Shown one piece after another: positions 37,776 to 50,400 of a DNA stretch of 64,000 bases. The stretch's first letter is position 1, and each line of letters opens with the position of its first letter. The stretch comes from Asterias rubens (taxonomy: Eukaryota). Made by a program: the position numbers and the translations under genes. The notes beneath the pieces were generated by a model, which saw only the letters and a list, made by a program, of their open reading frames with translations, was not told where the DNA came from and made no database searches. The stretch covers positions 5,456,001 through 5,520,000 of the forward strand of contig NC_047079.1 in the NCBI RefSeq assembly GCF_902459465.1, given 5' to 3'.

Positions 37776-38472
37776 GATCAGTTGTATTCCCGTTTGAAGC
37801 ATAAATATAGTTGTAATCCCTGCTGAGGTCTGTATCACTATAGTAATTAGTATTGCATTTTGTGCTTTCGGGTTGTAGCTCAGTCAACCTGTTTTGATAT
37901 GAAAAAGCTTGCCTATTATTTACTTTTCAACTTTTCCCGCTCAATTTCAACAAAAAACGCATTAAATTTAGCACCTGGCTTTTTATTAAATTTCGTTTGA
38001 AAGTGAATTGAATGCTGCCTTTTTGCAGCCTATCTACGTCAGAAGCGGAGGGCAGTTTTTAGCTATAGCACTGGTCAAAATAAGGTCATTTGATTGAACC
38101 CTTACCCTGTGTGTTAGCACTGTATACTCGGTACGCCATTCGTGTTCTGTGAAAAAAATCACGAGGTTCGAACCCACGACCGTTGCAATTCCGGAGAGCA
38201 GTGTCTCGCCAACTAGACTTCTACCGAGATTGCCCGGTAGCTAGGGACAGTTAAAATAAGATCATCATTCACACGAGGTCGTTAAAATCGATTTATGCAA
38301 CAGGCATGATGGACAACCAACCAGTCAAATTCATCATTAAAGAAATTGAACCGCCTGTGTGCCAAGAGACAATGAGTTTTATTGGTTCGCACGCGGACAG
38401 TGGAACCGCAGAGCAAAGAACGCCGCAAAAGAGCTACAGCGCCCTCTGTTGACAATGTTCGCTAGTTTCAAG

Positions 38473-41400
38473 ATGTCTGCCCCCATGGCAGGTCGCACGA
38501 TGTTCTCTCTGGCAAAGGTAATGGACAAGTTTTCTTATTTTCGTGCAATCTCAACAAAATGCCATCTGCCGGGAACAGTTACCTCAATCTCAACAGATGC
38601 TGTCAACAGTGGTCCAAAAATCAGATGTTCGCTTACAAAATGGTAACGTATTACGGTATTCTAAGTATTAAATAAGAAAAATCTAATTCTAAGTTCTACA
38701 TTTTTAATTCTACTAACTAGGGTTACTAGGTCACTACTAACTAACAAGTGTTTTTTTATGTTTTTATTCAATGTGTAACTCATTGTAATGCAATGGCTAT
38801 AAAATCATGAGTTCCTTCATCCAAGCTCAGTCTAACTAACTCTAATAATTCATTGAATAAACTCTTGAGACTTTTTTTTTTGGGGGGGGGGGGGGGGGCA
38901 TAATTACATTTACAAATTGTAATACATTGATTGTTTAATGTTATTCGTAGCGTAACCTTTTATAGCCTCACGATCATCACTGAAGATGCTTGACTTGATT
39001 ATGATAATAAGCATGATCATGACAAACTTTTTGAAACACTGGAGGATGGTTCTTAGAAACATATTTATCCTCATGTCACTTGGTAGGTCGAGTTGAGGGT
39101 CTGCCAGCACTTTTATCACACTATCGGATTTGTTTATTAGACACAACTAGCCCTGGAATGGTCGGAGGTCAGTGCCACGGCCATTGCAGTACATTACATA
39201 TTTGATCACCATACAAGCCACATTATTATGATTAAACTAGTTTTTTTTGTTTTTGCAGTGCGGCACATGTAAGGCATCGAGGGCTCACATCACATCATCA
39301 GCAGCTCTTAAACACTCTACCAGTCGCCAGCAGCCAACAGAGACAATTTCATAGGAGCCCATTATACCAAGGCCTTGAGGAATTCTTTGACGATCCAAAA
39401 AATTATGGAGAGCCTGACGTGAAAGCAGGTGAGCCAACAGAAGAAAAAAACGTCATTATGGGTGTCAGGGACACAGACTAATCCTAGACCTAATAGTGGG
39501 TGCGTTCGATTAGCTTTCCTGTGTCGACCCCACGGTGCTCATTCGAGTGAGCCCCTGACAAGAGCTAATCGAACGATCACTCACCCTCTGGTGGTGACGT
39601 CATGCACCTTGGGCCAGCCCCAAGTGACCCGTTCCACAAGCAGGGCACTTGGGGCTGACCCGAGTGAGCCCCTGGAATGACGTCAATGCTATTCGAATGT
39701 ACCGGGGGCAGACTGGGGTCGACCCGGGGAAGCTAATCGAACGCACCCTGTGTGGACCTACTACAGCCCCCACTGCCTCCCAAAAGCAAAAGTCTAAGCC
39801 CATAAGATTGACTGTACTTTTTATGTACTTTTTAAAGACATGAGGGCACTTTCAACAACAAATTTCTAGAGTGCATTTCATTTGCTTCCCCAAGTCGACC
39901 CATAATAATAATATTGAAGTCTTATATAGTGCACAATCTACCAACAAGGTACTCAAGGCGCTTAGTGTACAGAAAGAGAGGTTATTGAAAGTTATGAATT
40001 CTGAGAACCAATTATGAAGCACCTTAAAGGGTTGGCCCACATTGTTGGCCTGTTATGACTCTGTATTATCATTGGTCTAACATCTTACCATAGTCTTATA
40101 ATAAGACCAATGATAAAAGAGAGCAATAACGGCCAGACAAGGTTGACTAGGAGAACTGCACTTTACATTTTTTGTTAACCAATTTGTTTATGGCATGGGT
40201 GTTGATAAGAAATCACAGAGTTTTTTGCGTGAATTGTGTTTTTCAGGGAGACATTGGGAAGTTGATGACATCCGACTTAAAGACAACGCAACGCTGCATA
40301 AGCTTTGGTAAGGTTTTAAAGATGTTGAATTTGCATAGGGGATAAACAATATCATTTGTGTTTTAGCCCTAAACTTAACTTTAGTGAGATTTTAAAGATC
40401 AAAATCAGGCCTCTTATGCACATGGTTTCATGCAAGTCCCAGCTACATGTACCTTATATTGATACAATGTCTTCAGGCCTCTGCGCGGTATGCGCATACA
40501 CGCCTCGCCATTTGTCCTTGCCACAACAAAAAATAATAATACACACAAAGGAAACAGTAAATTTGAAAGAAAGCACCTATTAAAACATTTTTTACATTGT
40601 GCTTGTTTCACTAGTTCACCGAGTTGATTTTATATCACTTGTTGGTCCCCCCCCCCTTCACTTTGACCAGCCCTCCTCTGAGGTGTTTATTAGTGTGCCT
40701 TTTTTTATACGTCTGTTAGTTCATTATTTGATTTTTGTGTTATTTCTTTTACAGGTACGTGCTGTTAAAGGAAAAAAATATGTTACTGACGCTGGAGGCT
40801 GAGGCTTTGAGGCAAGACCGGTTCATGCCAGGGGAAGAAAGATTAGAAAAGGTTAGGCCACTGGTTCATGCCAGGGGAAAAAAGATTAGAAAAGGTTAAG
40901 CCACTGGTTCATGCCAGGGGAAGAAAGATTAGAAAAGGTTAGGCCACTGTTGTTGTTGTTGTTGATATTCCATGTTCTTAATGAAAATACAGTGAGGACA
41001 CTATTCAACTTAAACAAGTGACGTTTACTGTATCTTTCTTGATGGTTTTACTTAAATATCAGCATTACGATGACAAAAACTAATCTAAGACTCTTCTTTT
41101 AAGATATCTGCTCTAGATTGCAGAGGTCATGGGTTCGAATCCCACCCAAGTAGTGTGCCTGTGGAATTTGTTTCTGCATGGCTCTTTGGACTCTGAGTAT
41201 ACAGTACTTAGGAAGAAATTTTAAATAGATAGTAAACTTGCGGGTACAACCATGTGTTAATCTCTTCTGTGGGAGTGTTGGCTCGGACTCTTTTCAGGGC
41301 CTTCACTCCCACAAAAGAGATTTACACATGGTTGAACACGCCCATTTATTTATGGTTTCTTCCTATTTATCTACACCATGCAAAGCTTCAAACAACACTT

Positions 41401-41699
41401 ATACAGAACTTATCACACATTGGTGTATGGTTGAAACCAACAAATTCATTCAATTCAATTTGACGGACATTTTTTACTTTTGTTTATGTTTTTTGGCAAA
41501 GGTGGAAAAGTCCATGAGTAACATACAGCAGGTGATCAGAGAAAGGAACGAGGCACTGACTGAGCTGAAGACGGGACACAAAGACGAACACCCCGGCAAG
41601 ATGGTGTACACACCGTTCGGATATAGGCGTTACCTGAAACCAAGGGAGCACTACGTTCCGTCGTATTTCAACAAACATGTGAGTAATTTTACCCCCACT

Positions 41700-41730
<31 letters not shown>

Positions 41731-42487
41731 TTTCTTGTTTATCCTGGGAAATCCATTCAGTAAGAAAAACTCACTGATCTCCCATGGATCCCAGCTAATA
41801 ACAATCTACAGAAGTGAACTTAAGATAAAATATATAAAAATTTACGCAGAAAAACATTGCACATTCATTTAAAACTTTACGTTTTGGGTGCTCGATATGT
41901 GGCATGGTGTAACCCCCCCCCCCCCAAAAAAAAATACAAATACAAAAATACGTATTCATCGTGTTCTGGGAATGGCTGCCCCACCCCCCTCTTCTTTTGC
42001 GTCTCATTCTGTTCTGGGAATCTCAGGGGGGGGGGGGCAAGTTCTTTGCGAGAGGAAAATAATATGTTACAGTATTGCTTTGTTAAGCAGGCTTTGATGA
42101 AAGCCCCCGTAGATGTAGTTATATTGCAACAAAGCCGCTTTACAAATTGACAACATAATCTGAGTGACGACATAATAGGGCTTTTCGCAAATCTTTCTGA
42201 AAATCTTCTCTTCAAAATGAATTCAATTTCCTTGTTTAAGTGAATTTCAGCAAGGATTACGTTTTTGTTGTTTTCGTTCAAGTAGGTCTTTAAGTGTGTC
42301 TATGTAATTTTCTTTTACCCAGTACCAGCGGAAGCGTTACGTCTACGCGCCGTACGTGCGGAAAATCATGGGAAAATGGATGGAACAGGAGCAAGATAAC
42401 AGGAAGAAGGAGAATAGGCGACGTCATAATACAGAAAGGAAACTCAAGAAGAGATTCCCGAACGCGGATGTGTGGCAAAACGATTGA
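38473..42487 (+). CDS. MRPL47: Mitochondrial ribosomal protein L47 (uL29m), 6 exons, ~279 aa
   Basis: Exons 38473-38642, 39259-39428, 40247-40307, 40755-40851, 41502-41678, 42323-42487; phases are consistent. Motifs [14 protein letters not shown]...[39 protein letters not shown]. The N-terminus is basic and presequence-like. An in-frame upstream ATG lies 18 nt earlier. Confidence 0.93.
39498..39748. mobile_element. MITE in MRPL47 intron 2
   Basis: TIR GGGTGCGTTCGATTAGCTT / AAGCTAATCGAACGCACCC with internal repeated motifs (CGAGTGAGCCCCTG, TGACGTCA). No clear TSD. Confidence 0.75.
40818..40949 (+). repeat. Three tandem 43-bp units copying the end and donor of MRPL47 exon 4
   Basis: GGTTCATGCCAGGGGAA(G/A)AAAGATTAGAAAAG|GTTA(G/A)GCCACT three times; GT at 40852, 40895 and 40938. 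Confidence 0.95.
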
Positions 42488-43130
42488 TGTCGGTATCGCT
42501 GATTGATAGTTTCTTACCCCTTTTTGTTTTGCTAATTCTATGTGGTTACCCTTTGTCATGCATTGTTGCCAGCTGATATTTACGGTCTCTTTTAGCGCTT
42601 CTCTCTTTTAGTTTGTAAAGAGTGAAAAGCAACGGATTTACAGAGCTGCTTACTCTCACCATTTCTGCAGCAAAGTTCCCTGAAAATAGACCAATCTTTC
42701 CATGTTCTGATGAACAAAGTTGAAAATCAGGTTTACGTCGGTTGCACCAAGACATTTATATGACCGAAATGCGGTTACTAAAAATCTTGAATTTTTGCTT
42801 GCTCATATTTTACGTCGTAAAGTTTTAGACACAGCACCAAAATAACCAGGTAGAAGAGACAAGTTTAAAAATGACAAGTGTCACACAGCATCTTTAAATT
42901 ACGAAAATTATCACATGTATATATTTATTTACAATCCTTACATTTGTTCTCATAATTTTTGTGGTAAATAAAACATCCTCATATTAAACAAAATCTGTTT
43001 GATCGTTTATATTATTATATTTATAATTTTACAATTAATAGATTCTTTGAATGCAAGGTCGCCCAAATCAAGGTTAAAAGCCACTATTTGTAAAGAGCTA
43101 CAAAAAGAAAACAGTTAAGATCCATATAAC

Positions 43131-43260
43131 TCAGGGGAGATGAAGATATAAATTGATATTCCCCTTAAAACAGTCTAGATTGTAGGATGGAGGGAAACAT
43201 GCACCAGGCAAGGAGTTCCAAAGAGATGCAGTAAGTGGAATTTGAAAGCCTGGCATGGAT
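43131..43260 (-). mobile_element. LINE (CR1/Jockey-like) 3' remnant
   Basis: Translates [31 protein letters not shown] homologous + strand copy lies at ~47900-48030. Confidence 0.6.
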
Positions 43261-44033
43261 TTTTTTCTGTAAAAGGGCAAGGCCATTTCCAATGGGCACT
43301 TCCATAGCAAGTCTAATAGAACCCAGAGATAGCCGAGTGTGTTATTGTGCATGCGTTTTCGTTGTGAGACCATTTTTATGGACACATATACGCCATATGC
43401 TGTGTATGGCAAAACATTTTGCCGTACGGTAAACGTCACATTGACCGATGGAAACGGTCTATGATGTGTGATGCCATCGTGCCATTTTCCCAGACACGCG
43501 TGATGCCCATTTTGCCATACACGTGTATCGCGCGGTATTGATGCGCCGCATCCACAGACAACACAGAGGGCAGTCGAGCTCAGCGTTCGCCGGGTTCTAT
43601 TTCTATGCTGGCCACAGACCTATGGTGGGAAAGTTAGTCTTAAAATTAATTAAAAACACCTCATATAAATTTAGCTTTCAAATTAAGTCTGATGAATTTT
43701 TCAACTTAATTAAAAAGTTTCATGTGTAGTCGGAATTATTTGTATACAAACCCTACACTCCAAATTTTGGCTTGTGTGCTTTAAAAAAATGAATGGTTAG
43801 CAAAATAACAATTTGTTGAAAAAATTCAGGCAAAATTAAATAATTTATTTAGTCTCACTAAACAGGCCGCACTATCAGAATTCATTTATTGCCATTAGAA
43901 GTAGAGAATTTTTACTTTCTTCATGATTTAAAAAAAAAACCAAAAAAAAAACAATTCTTTTCATTCTGATCCCAATTAAAAAATTTTGCTTACTCCACCA
44001 TACAAGGCAGTCTTCACTTACACAGCCAGCCCT

Positions 44034-44298
44034 GGGCCCAATTTCATAGAGCTGCTTAAGGAGACAATATTGCTTAACAATTTTCTGCTACATGTAAGCA
44101 GAAATGAGCCGAACACCATTCACAAATTGTACATGCGACATGGTAGTTTGGCTGGTGACCATATTTTTACTGTGCTTAGCTCCTTTTTGTGCTGAGGCTG
44201 AGCTCTCTACGTATTGATTCCAGAATTTTGCGCTTGCAGCGAATGGTGGTCGTAAGCGCAGAATTCGGGGTTAAGGGCAGAGCCATGAAATTGGGCCC
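44034..44298. mobile_element. Harbinger-like MITE with ends from two different families
   Basis: Left end GGGCCCAATTTCATAGAGCTGCT; right end GCAGAGCCATGAAATTGGGCCC. Confidence 0.6.
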
Positions 44299-44416
44299 TG
44301 TTGATGAATCTTGTCGATTAGTCCTACCACCATAGCGGCATTCCAGGGATTTTAACGCAGATCGCCTTTCGGCACTTCACGCAAAACCTCCCCTGTGAAG
44401 CGGAATGCTGCCGCAG

Positions 44417-47400
44417 TCACGTTACGACTGGGGTCACCCCGAACTCATCGTTGAGTTTACTGAGATCGTGGTCGTCGGTGGCTTTGTAGAGGTCCATTCT
44501 TCCAAGAAGCGAGATGGTCATTCGGAGCGTACTCCAGATGTTCTGCGACATGGTCGACCTCTCACCTTGTGGACCGATCCCTCTCTGTTGCATATTCAGT
44601 GCCGCTAGGAAGTGTTCAACTGCCTCCCTGTACCGAGTACAAAATAGAAGTTTAGTCTCCGCACAAGAAACCAATTCCTTGAACTTCATTGGCTTCCGAT
44701 TAGAGAACAGCTTCTCTTTATGTAAGGTAAAGATCATTTTATTAGCAACCATAAATGGGTTGGATTCGGTATAAACTGAATCATTTTAGGTAAACGAGTT
44801 GGATTCGCTATAGGGGGCTTAAACTGAACTACATCAAAAAATGACAAAAAAACATCACATAAAAGAATTAAAAAACTATAAAACCAAACCAATAATTAAC
44901 TTAATTGAATAAAAATGTAGCTGAGGTTAGAAAAAGTAAACATTAATATTCAAATTATGGCCCGTATCATTACAAAGTAAAATGGATTATTTGCAGTCAA
45001 AATGTTAAACTTGTTCTTTTTGTTAATAAAATGTATGCACAAAACTGCTCTAATAACTTTCGCTTAAGCACAACATCATCTGTTAAGCGGCTCAATGAAA
45101 TCGGGGCCCTGAACTAATTTTGACAAGGTCCCTGAATTTACGGCCCTGCCAACTTCACATTATCAAGATGCTTACTTGTGTGCTCCAAGATTGATGCAGC
45201 TTATTCCTAGGTTATAGCGAGATCGGATGAACCCCGGGGAGATTTGCAATGCATGATGGTAAGCGTCTACAGCCTCCTCGCTACGGCTGCCGTTGGCCAA
45301 TGTTGCTCCGAGCTTGTTCCACAGGAGGGCGTCCTACAATGTCGAGTAAGAAGAGGGGAGAAATTGAACCAACAAAATATTTTTTAAAATGAAGAAATTT
45401 TAAAAGCAGTCGTATAATTCTTAGAACTAAAAATACAGGCCATTAGCTATAAGCGTCAGAAGAAATTTTAAAAGCAGTTGTATAATTAATTCTTAGACCT
45501 AAAAATACAGGCCGATAACTAAATAACTAATTTAAATGCTAGTTGTTGTTTTTTTCCATAACAAGAAAAATTCACTATATTTTAAATCTTACAGTACATG
45601 ATAGGCTACTTAAAAAAATTTGTATAAATTTTTTGTTTATGTCTTCCTTTCCAACTCAACACTTAACTAACATTAAAATCAAACAAAATGAAATTTAAAA
45701 ATAGGACTACGCCTATGGTTACCTGTACATTTGACATCACACTAAGAGGCTCGCGACTAACGCCAGATATCGGCCTTTATAGATTCTGGCAATTATCTGC
45801 CAGGTATAACTTTGACCCTGCATGCTGTCATTTATGGAGACCAATGACAAAACAAAAAAGGGAACACCAAGGGTCTTCTTTGGGAAATTCTAAAGACTGG
45901 GTTGCCCAACAAGGAAATGTGTGTACAAAGTCTATTGGAAACTGTTAAGTGTATACTGTATAAATATGGATGGCAACAGTAATTCAACAACAAAAAATTG
46001 CAAGGGTCGTGGGTTCGAATCCCACCCGAGTAAAATGCCTGTGATTTTTTTCACAGGACTCGGGGAAAGTACTGAGTATACAGTGCTACACACATCGGTG
46101 TATATGGGTAAAAACCAAAAAATTAATATTCTTTATCCCGATGCAAATTTAACATCTATTTAAACAACAAATATGTGAGGTAAATTTGTTTATCAGGCAG
46201 GAGCTACCGGATCAAAGACCAAAAAAAATAACACAATAAAATTATCATTTAAAACATTTGAGAAAATGAAAATGAAAAAAAAAAAAAAAAAGAGGGAAAA
46301 AAAGGGAAAACTGGGGTGCTCAACAACGAAATTGTGTGTACAAAGTCTACATGAAACTGTAAAAAATGCATGACAACAGTAATTAAACAACAACAGTTAT
46401 ATAAATTTGTTTATCAGGCAGGGGTAACTGGATCAAGGCGAAACAACAATAAGGCAGTAAAATTAACATCAAAAACAATTGAAACAAAGAATACATTACT
46501 TCATAAAATGGTGATATTTACTATTTCCAAAGGCAACGCCCTTACACAAAATGAAAATGGCCTTGCCCGCATGAAGATAAAATTCAAGGTCCTTAGCATT
46601 GCGCATGAGAGGAAAACCCCAAATATGAGAATCACAAGTAAAAATAACTATAATATATGAATGACTAGTTCTTTTATAGCACATTTCACGATATTGTCTC
46701 AATGCGCTTTACGTTATTAAAACACCCCTTGCAAGTATTCTGCCTGCGCATTGGTTTAGACCGCGTCACATGACATGTCTTAGTTTCGCTAGACGTCGGC
46801 CGTGTGATAGTGCGTCGGTTTGCCGTGCGCTAGTCCGAAGACTAGCACACAGCGTGCAGTACCCAGACGTCCGTTGCGTGTACGAGGATGATAAATTAAT
46901 AGTCTGTAACCATTTCGGATTGCACGACACTACATGCAGCACAGTAAAAGTTTTTGTATTCGCGTCGTCCGTGGATTGTAGCATTCAGGTCTGTAACTTA
47001 ATAATAGTAGTACAATATTTAGAAATGTTTGGGGTGTTATAAAACAAATATTGACTGCTTTGACTCGTGCAATGGTTAAAACTATGACTCCCTTGGTGAT
47101 CCCCGTAGCTTCGCCTCGGGAAAATAGAACGCTCCGGGGATCACCTCGGGAGTCTTCGCCTCGGGAAAATAGAACGCTCCGGGGATCACCTCGGGAGTCA
47201 TAGTTTTAACCATAGCACTCGAAGCAGTCAATATTTGTATATTAGTGCCCTGGTCATTGGGCCAGTAACATTCCTTAAATCTTTCTCTGCTCCCTTCGGA
47301 GTATACAACCCTGAGCCGCAAGGCTTTTTCAAACACAATATCAAACTCTACCCACGCAGGTACCCATTTATACCACTAGGTGAAGAGAAGCAATTGTAGT

Positions 47401-50400
47401 AAGGTATCTTGCTCAAGGACACACATGTCGTGAACAGGATTCAAACCCACACTCTGATGACTCAAAGTAATCAGGGAGACTAAAAACCCAACCCACATAC
47501 GGAGGCTCCCCTTACAAAAAAACTCTATAGAATTCTATAAAAAAAAAACTATAGAAATTCTATACAAATTTCTATAGAAAAGGGTATAGAACCCTTGTAA
47601 ATAATTTCTATAAAATTTCTATACAGAATATATACAATATCTATACACATATCTATACAAAATCTATACAATTTCTATACAATTTCTAAAGAAATTCTAT
47701 ACAACCTATAGAGTTTCATTAGAAAATTTGGCCACTTTTCTATACAATTTCTATAGACATCTATAGCAACCTCTATAGAATGTTTAATAGAAATGTATAT
47801 AGATATGTATAGAGTTCTATAGGGCAGTGTATAGAGTTCTATAGAACTTTTTTGTAAGGGTCCAGTGGGATTCGAACCATGGTCCACAGTAGTGCAAGAC
47901 AGTCAAACACGCCAAACATGCTTATTAGATGTAGAACAAGGAGCCATTCCAACAGCTTTATTCCCCATACTGCATCTCTTTGGAACTCCTTGCCTTGTAC
48001 AGGTTTCCCTCCATCCTACAATCTAGACTGTTTTCTATTCAGCTTCCCCCCCCCCCCCCCGAGTTCTTTTTCTTGTAGACCAATACAAAGAGTGGCTTCT
48101 AGCATTGTTTGGGGCGAACTTTCATAAATAAAATTTAAAAAAACAAAAAGCAAACAAACGATGTACTCAACTCACCTGTGGTCGAACAGACAGAGCTGTC
48201 TTGAAGCAATCTACGGCCTTGTCGTACTCTTGAGATAAATTAAAGAGAACTCCGAGACCGCACTGCACGTCGGCGTCGACGTCAGTCGGGGAGGTCTGAG
48301 CTGTTTGGATGAATAAGTCTTTAGCGTGACTGTGTAGAGCACTGCGGAAGAATTATGAATACAAAAATATTTATCAGTGCATTCAGTGATCACACATGCT
48401 AGTAACCTGGGAGACTAGTGCCACTAGTGTCGAAGTCTCGACTAAAATTGTTTAACTACTCGGTTAATCATTCCATCACGACTATTTCAAAAATAGTCAC
48501 GACTTCCTGCTTGGTGAACCAATTGTTTCGCTCACCACTATTCACGACAACGTAATTTACTTCCCAAACACAATCAGACATCGGTGACACGATCCTTCAA
48601 CCCTTTCAGCGTGAATTTTAATATGTTGTGCTTGCGGCAAACATTATGCCCCAATGCATCTTTGGAATTAAAAATTAGTCGCGACTAGTGTCGAGGTCGC
48701 AAATAGTCGAGTAGTAAATTTCACAAGTCGCCTAGGCTTACATATTAGTCTTAGGAGATGACGAGGGTTGGGGGGAGCTAAATGATGATTGACACTTGAG
48801 AAGATGATGAGGATGGTCCTGAAGGTGGTGACAATGACGATGACGTCATGTGGCGTGTCGTGACCGAGCGCCTTGTAGATGTGACATGGTAGTTTGGCTG
48901 GTGACAATTATCCGGTAAGCATTGTTTTATTGTATTTAGCTCCTTTTTGTGTTCAAGCAGCTCTATGAAATTGAGCCCTGGTCTCATTTTCAGACTTTCA
49001 CGTCTTGAGAACTTGATGACAATGATGAAGATGCTTCACAACAGGACAACAAGAAATGTGACTACTACTGATGTGGATATTTTGGACATGATACAAATAA
49101 TGTCAATCACTTCGGGGCAATGACAAAAAAACAAATCTCAACCACCCTTCATTCACCTTCTTTTGTTTCGAACAAATTCAGACATCGATCTGAAACATAA
49201 ATCAATAAATCAAGTAATAAAACCACATGGGAAACTGACAGGGTAAAGTTCAATTTGAGAACAAAGCAGATTGACAAGAGCGGGATTTGAACCTGTGGGC
49301 TCCGAATTAACAGGCCAGCATTCTACCAACTGAGCTATTTAGCCCTGGGCCCAATTTCATAGAGCTGCTAAGCACAAAATTTTGCTAAGCATGAAATTTC
49401 TACCCAGGTAAAAACAGGATTACCAGCCAAATTTCCATTTGTTGCATAGTGCTTGTTACTGGTATTCAGCTTAATTGTTTGCTTATCCTGAAAATCACAT
49501 GGAAAGTTGGTTGGTAAACTTGTTTTTATCAAGGAAGAAATTTCATGCTAAGCAAATTTTTGTGCTTAGCAGCTCTATGAAATTGGGTCCTGATGTTTGC
49601 AATCTCCCTATTTTGCCAATTATCATTTTCAGTGCCTGTCAGAAGCCATTCAGCCTGTAACTGCGGTGTAGCCAGGGATCACAGCTAAGTTTACAATACA
49701 ACCTGGAAAGCGGCAGGAGAGGGATCACCCTAAGGGGATGCAATTATTGCCACTGTAGTAATTTTTTCAAAGTTCAACCCAAAATTAATTAAATTTTATT
49801 GTCAGTTTCCCTTCCCTGTGGTTTATTACTTGATATTTGAAATAAAAAGTCACATCCCCTAGGAATCCCTCTCCTGTTGCAGCTTGAAGGTTCAAAACCT
49901 GCTCTACTCAAGTTTTCTTTGTTCAATCCAAAAATATATTACCAAAATCAAGTCAATAAAGACCTTCATTACTTTCCAGATTTCATGGTTCTGCTTACTG
50001 CCAAATTCTGCGCATATAGTCAGCCTTCTCTACTGACTGTGCAAGCACTGAATTTTCGCGCTAGCTGTGTAAGCGGAGTATGCCTAGGCCTGTTTGCATG
50101 CTAACAAGCAAAAATTGCCTGCTAACCCAACATATACGTATGACGCACAGTAAGCAGTCTTCCCTGCTTCTGTAATCAGCAATTCTTTGCTTACGGTAAG
50201 CAGAGCCATAAAATTGGGCCCAAATCATAGCTTGGCAAAACTAAAAAATTAATTTAATGAATTGCAAATTGATGCAGAGGTGATGGATCCAAGATGACTG
50301 GACTAATGAAAAAAAGAAAGAAATCAGCCACAAACAATGGATTAATTAAAATTCTGATTCCAAATGTAAAATTGTAAGACCCTTGTACCGCAACCAAACA

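Noticed and set aside
42100-42170. C/D snoRNA-like TGATGA...CTGA in the last MRPL47 intron; I also looked for snoRNAs in BMS1 introns
   Set aside because: The C box is non-canonical (TTGATGA), there is no terminal stem, and no guide is evident. I saw no credible box pairs in BMS1 introns by eye; snoscan or Infernal would be decisive.
44324-44419. PEX5 stop TGA-CTG as a readthrough site giving a 30-aa extension
   Set aside because: The context is only partly like the TGA-CTAG motif, the extension has no recognisable signal, and I have no conservation evidence.
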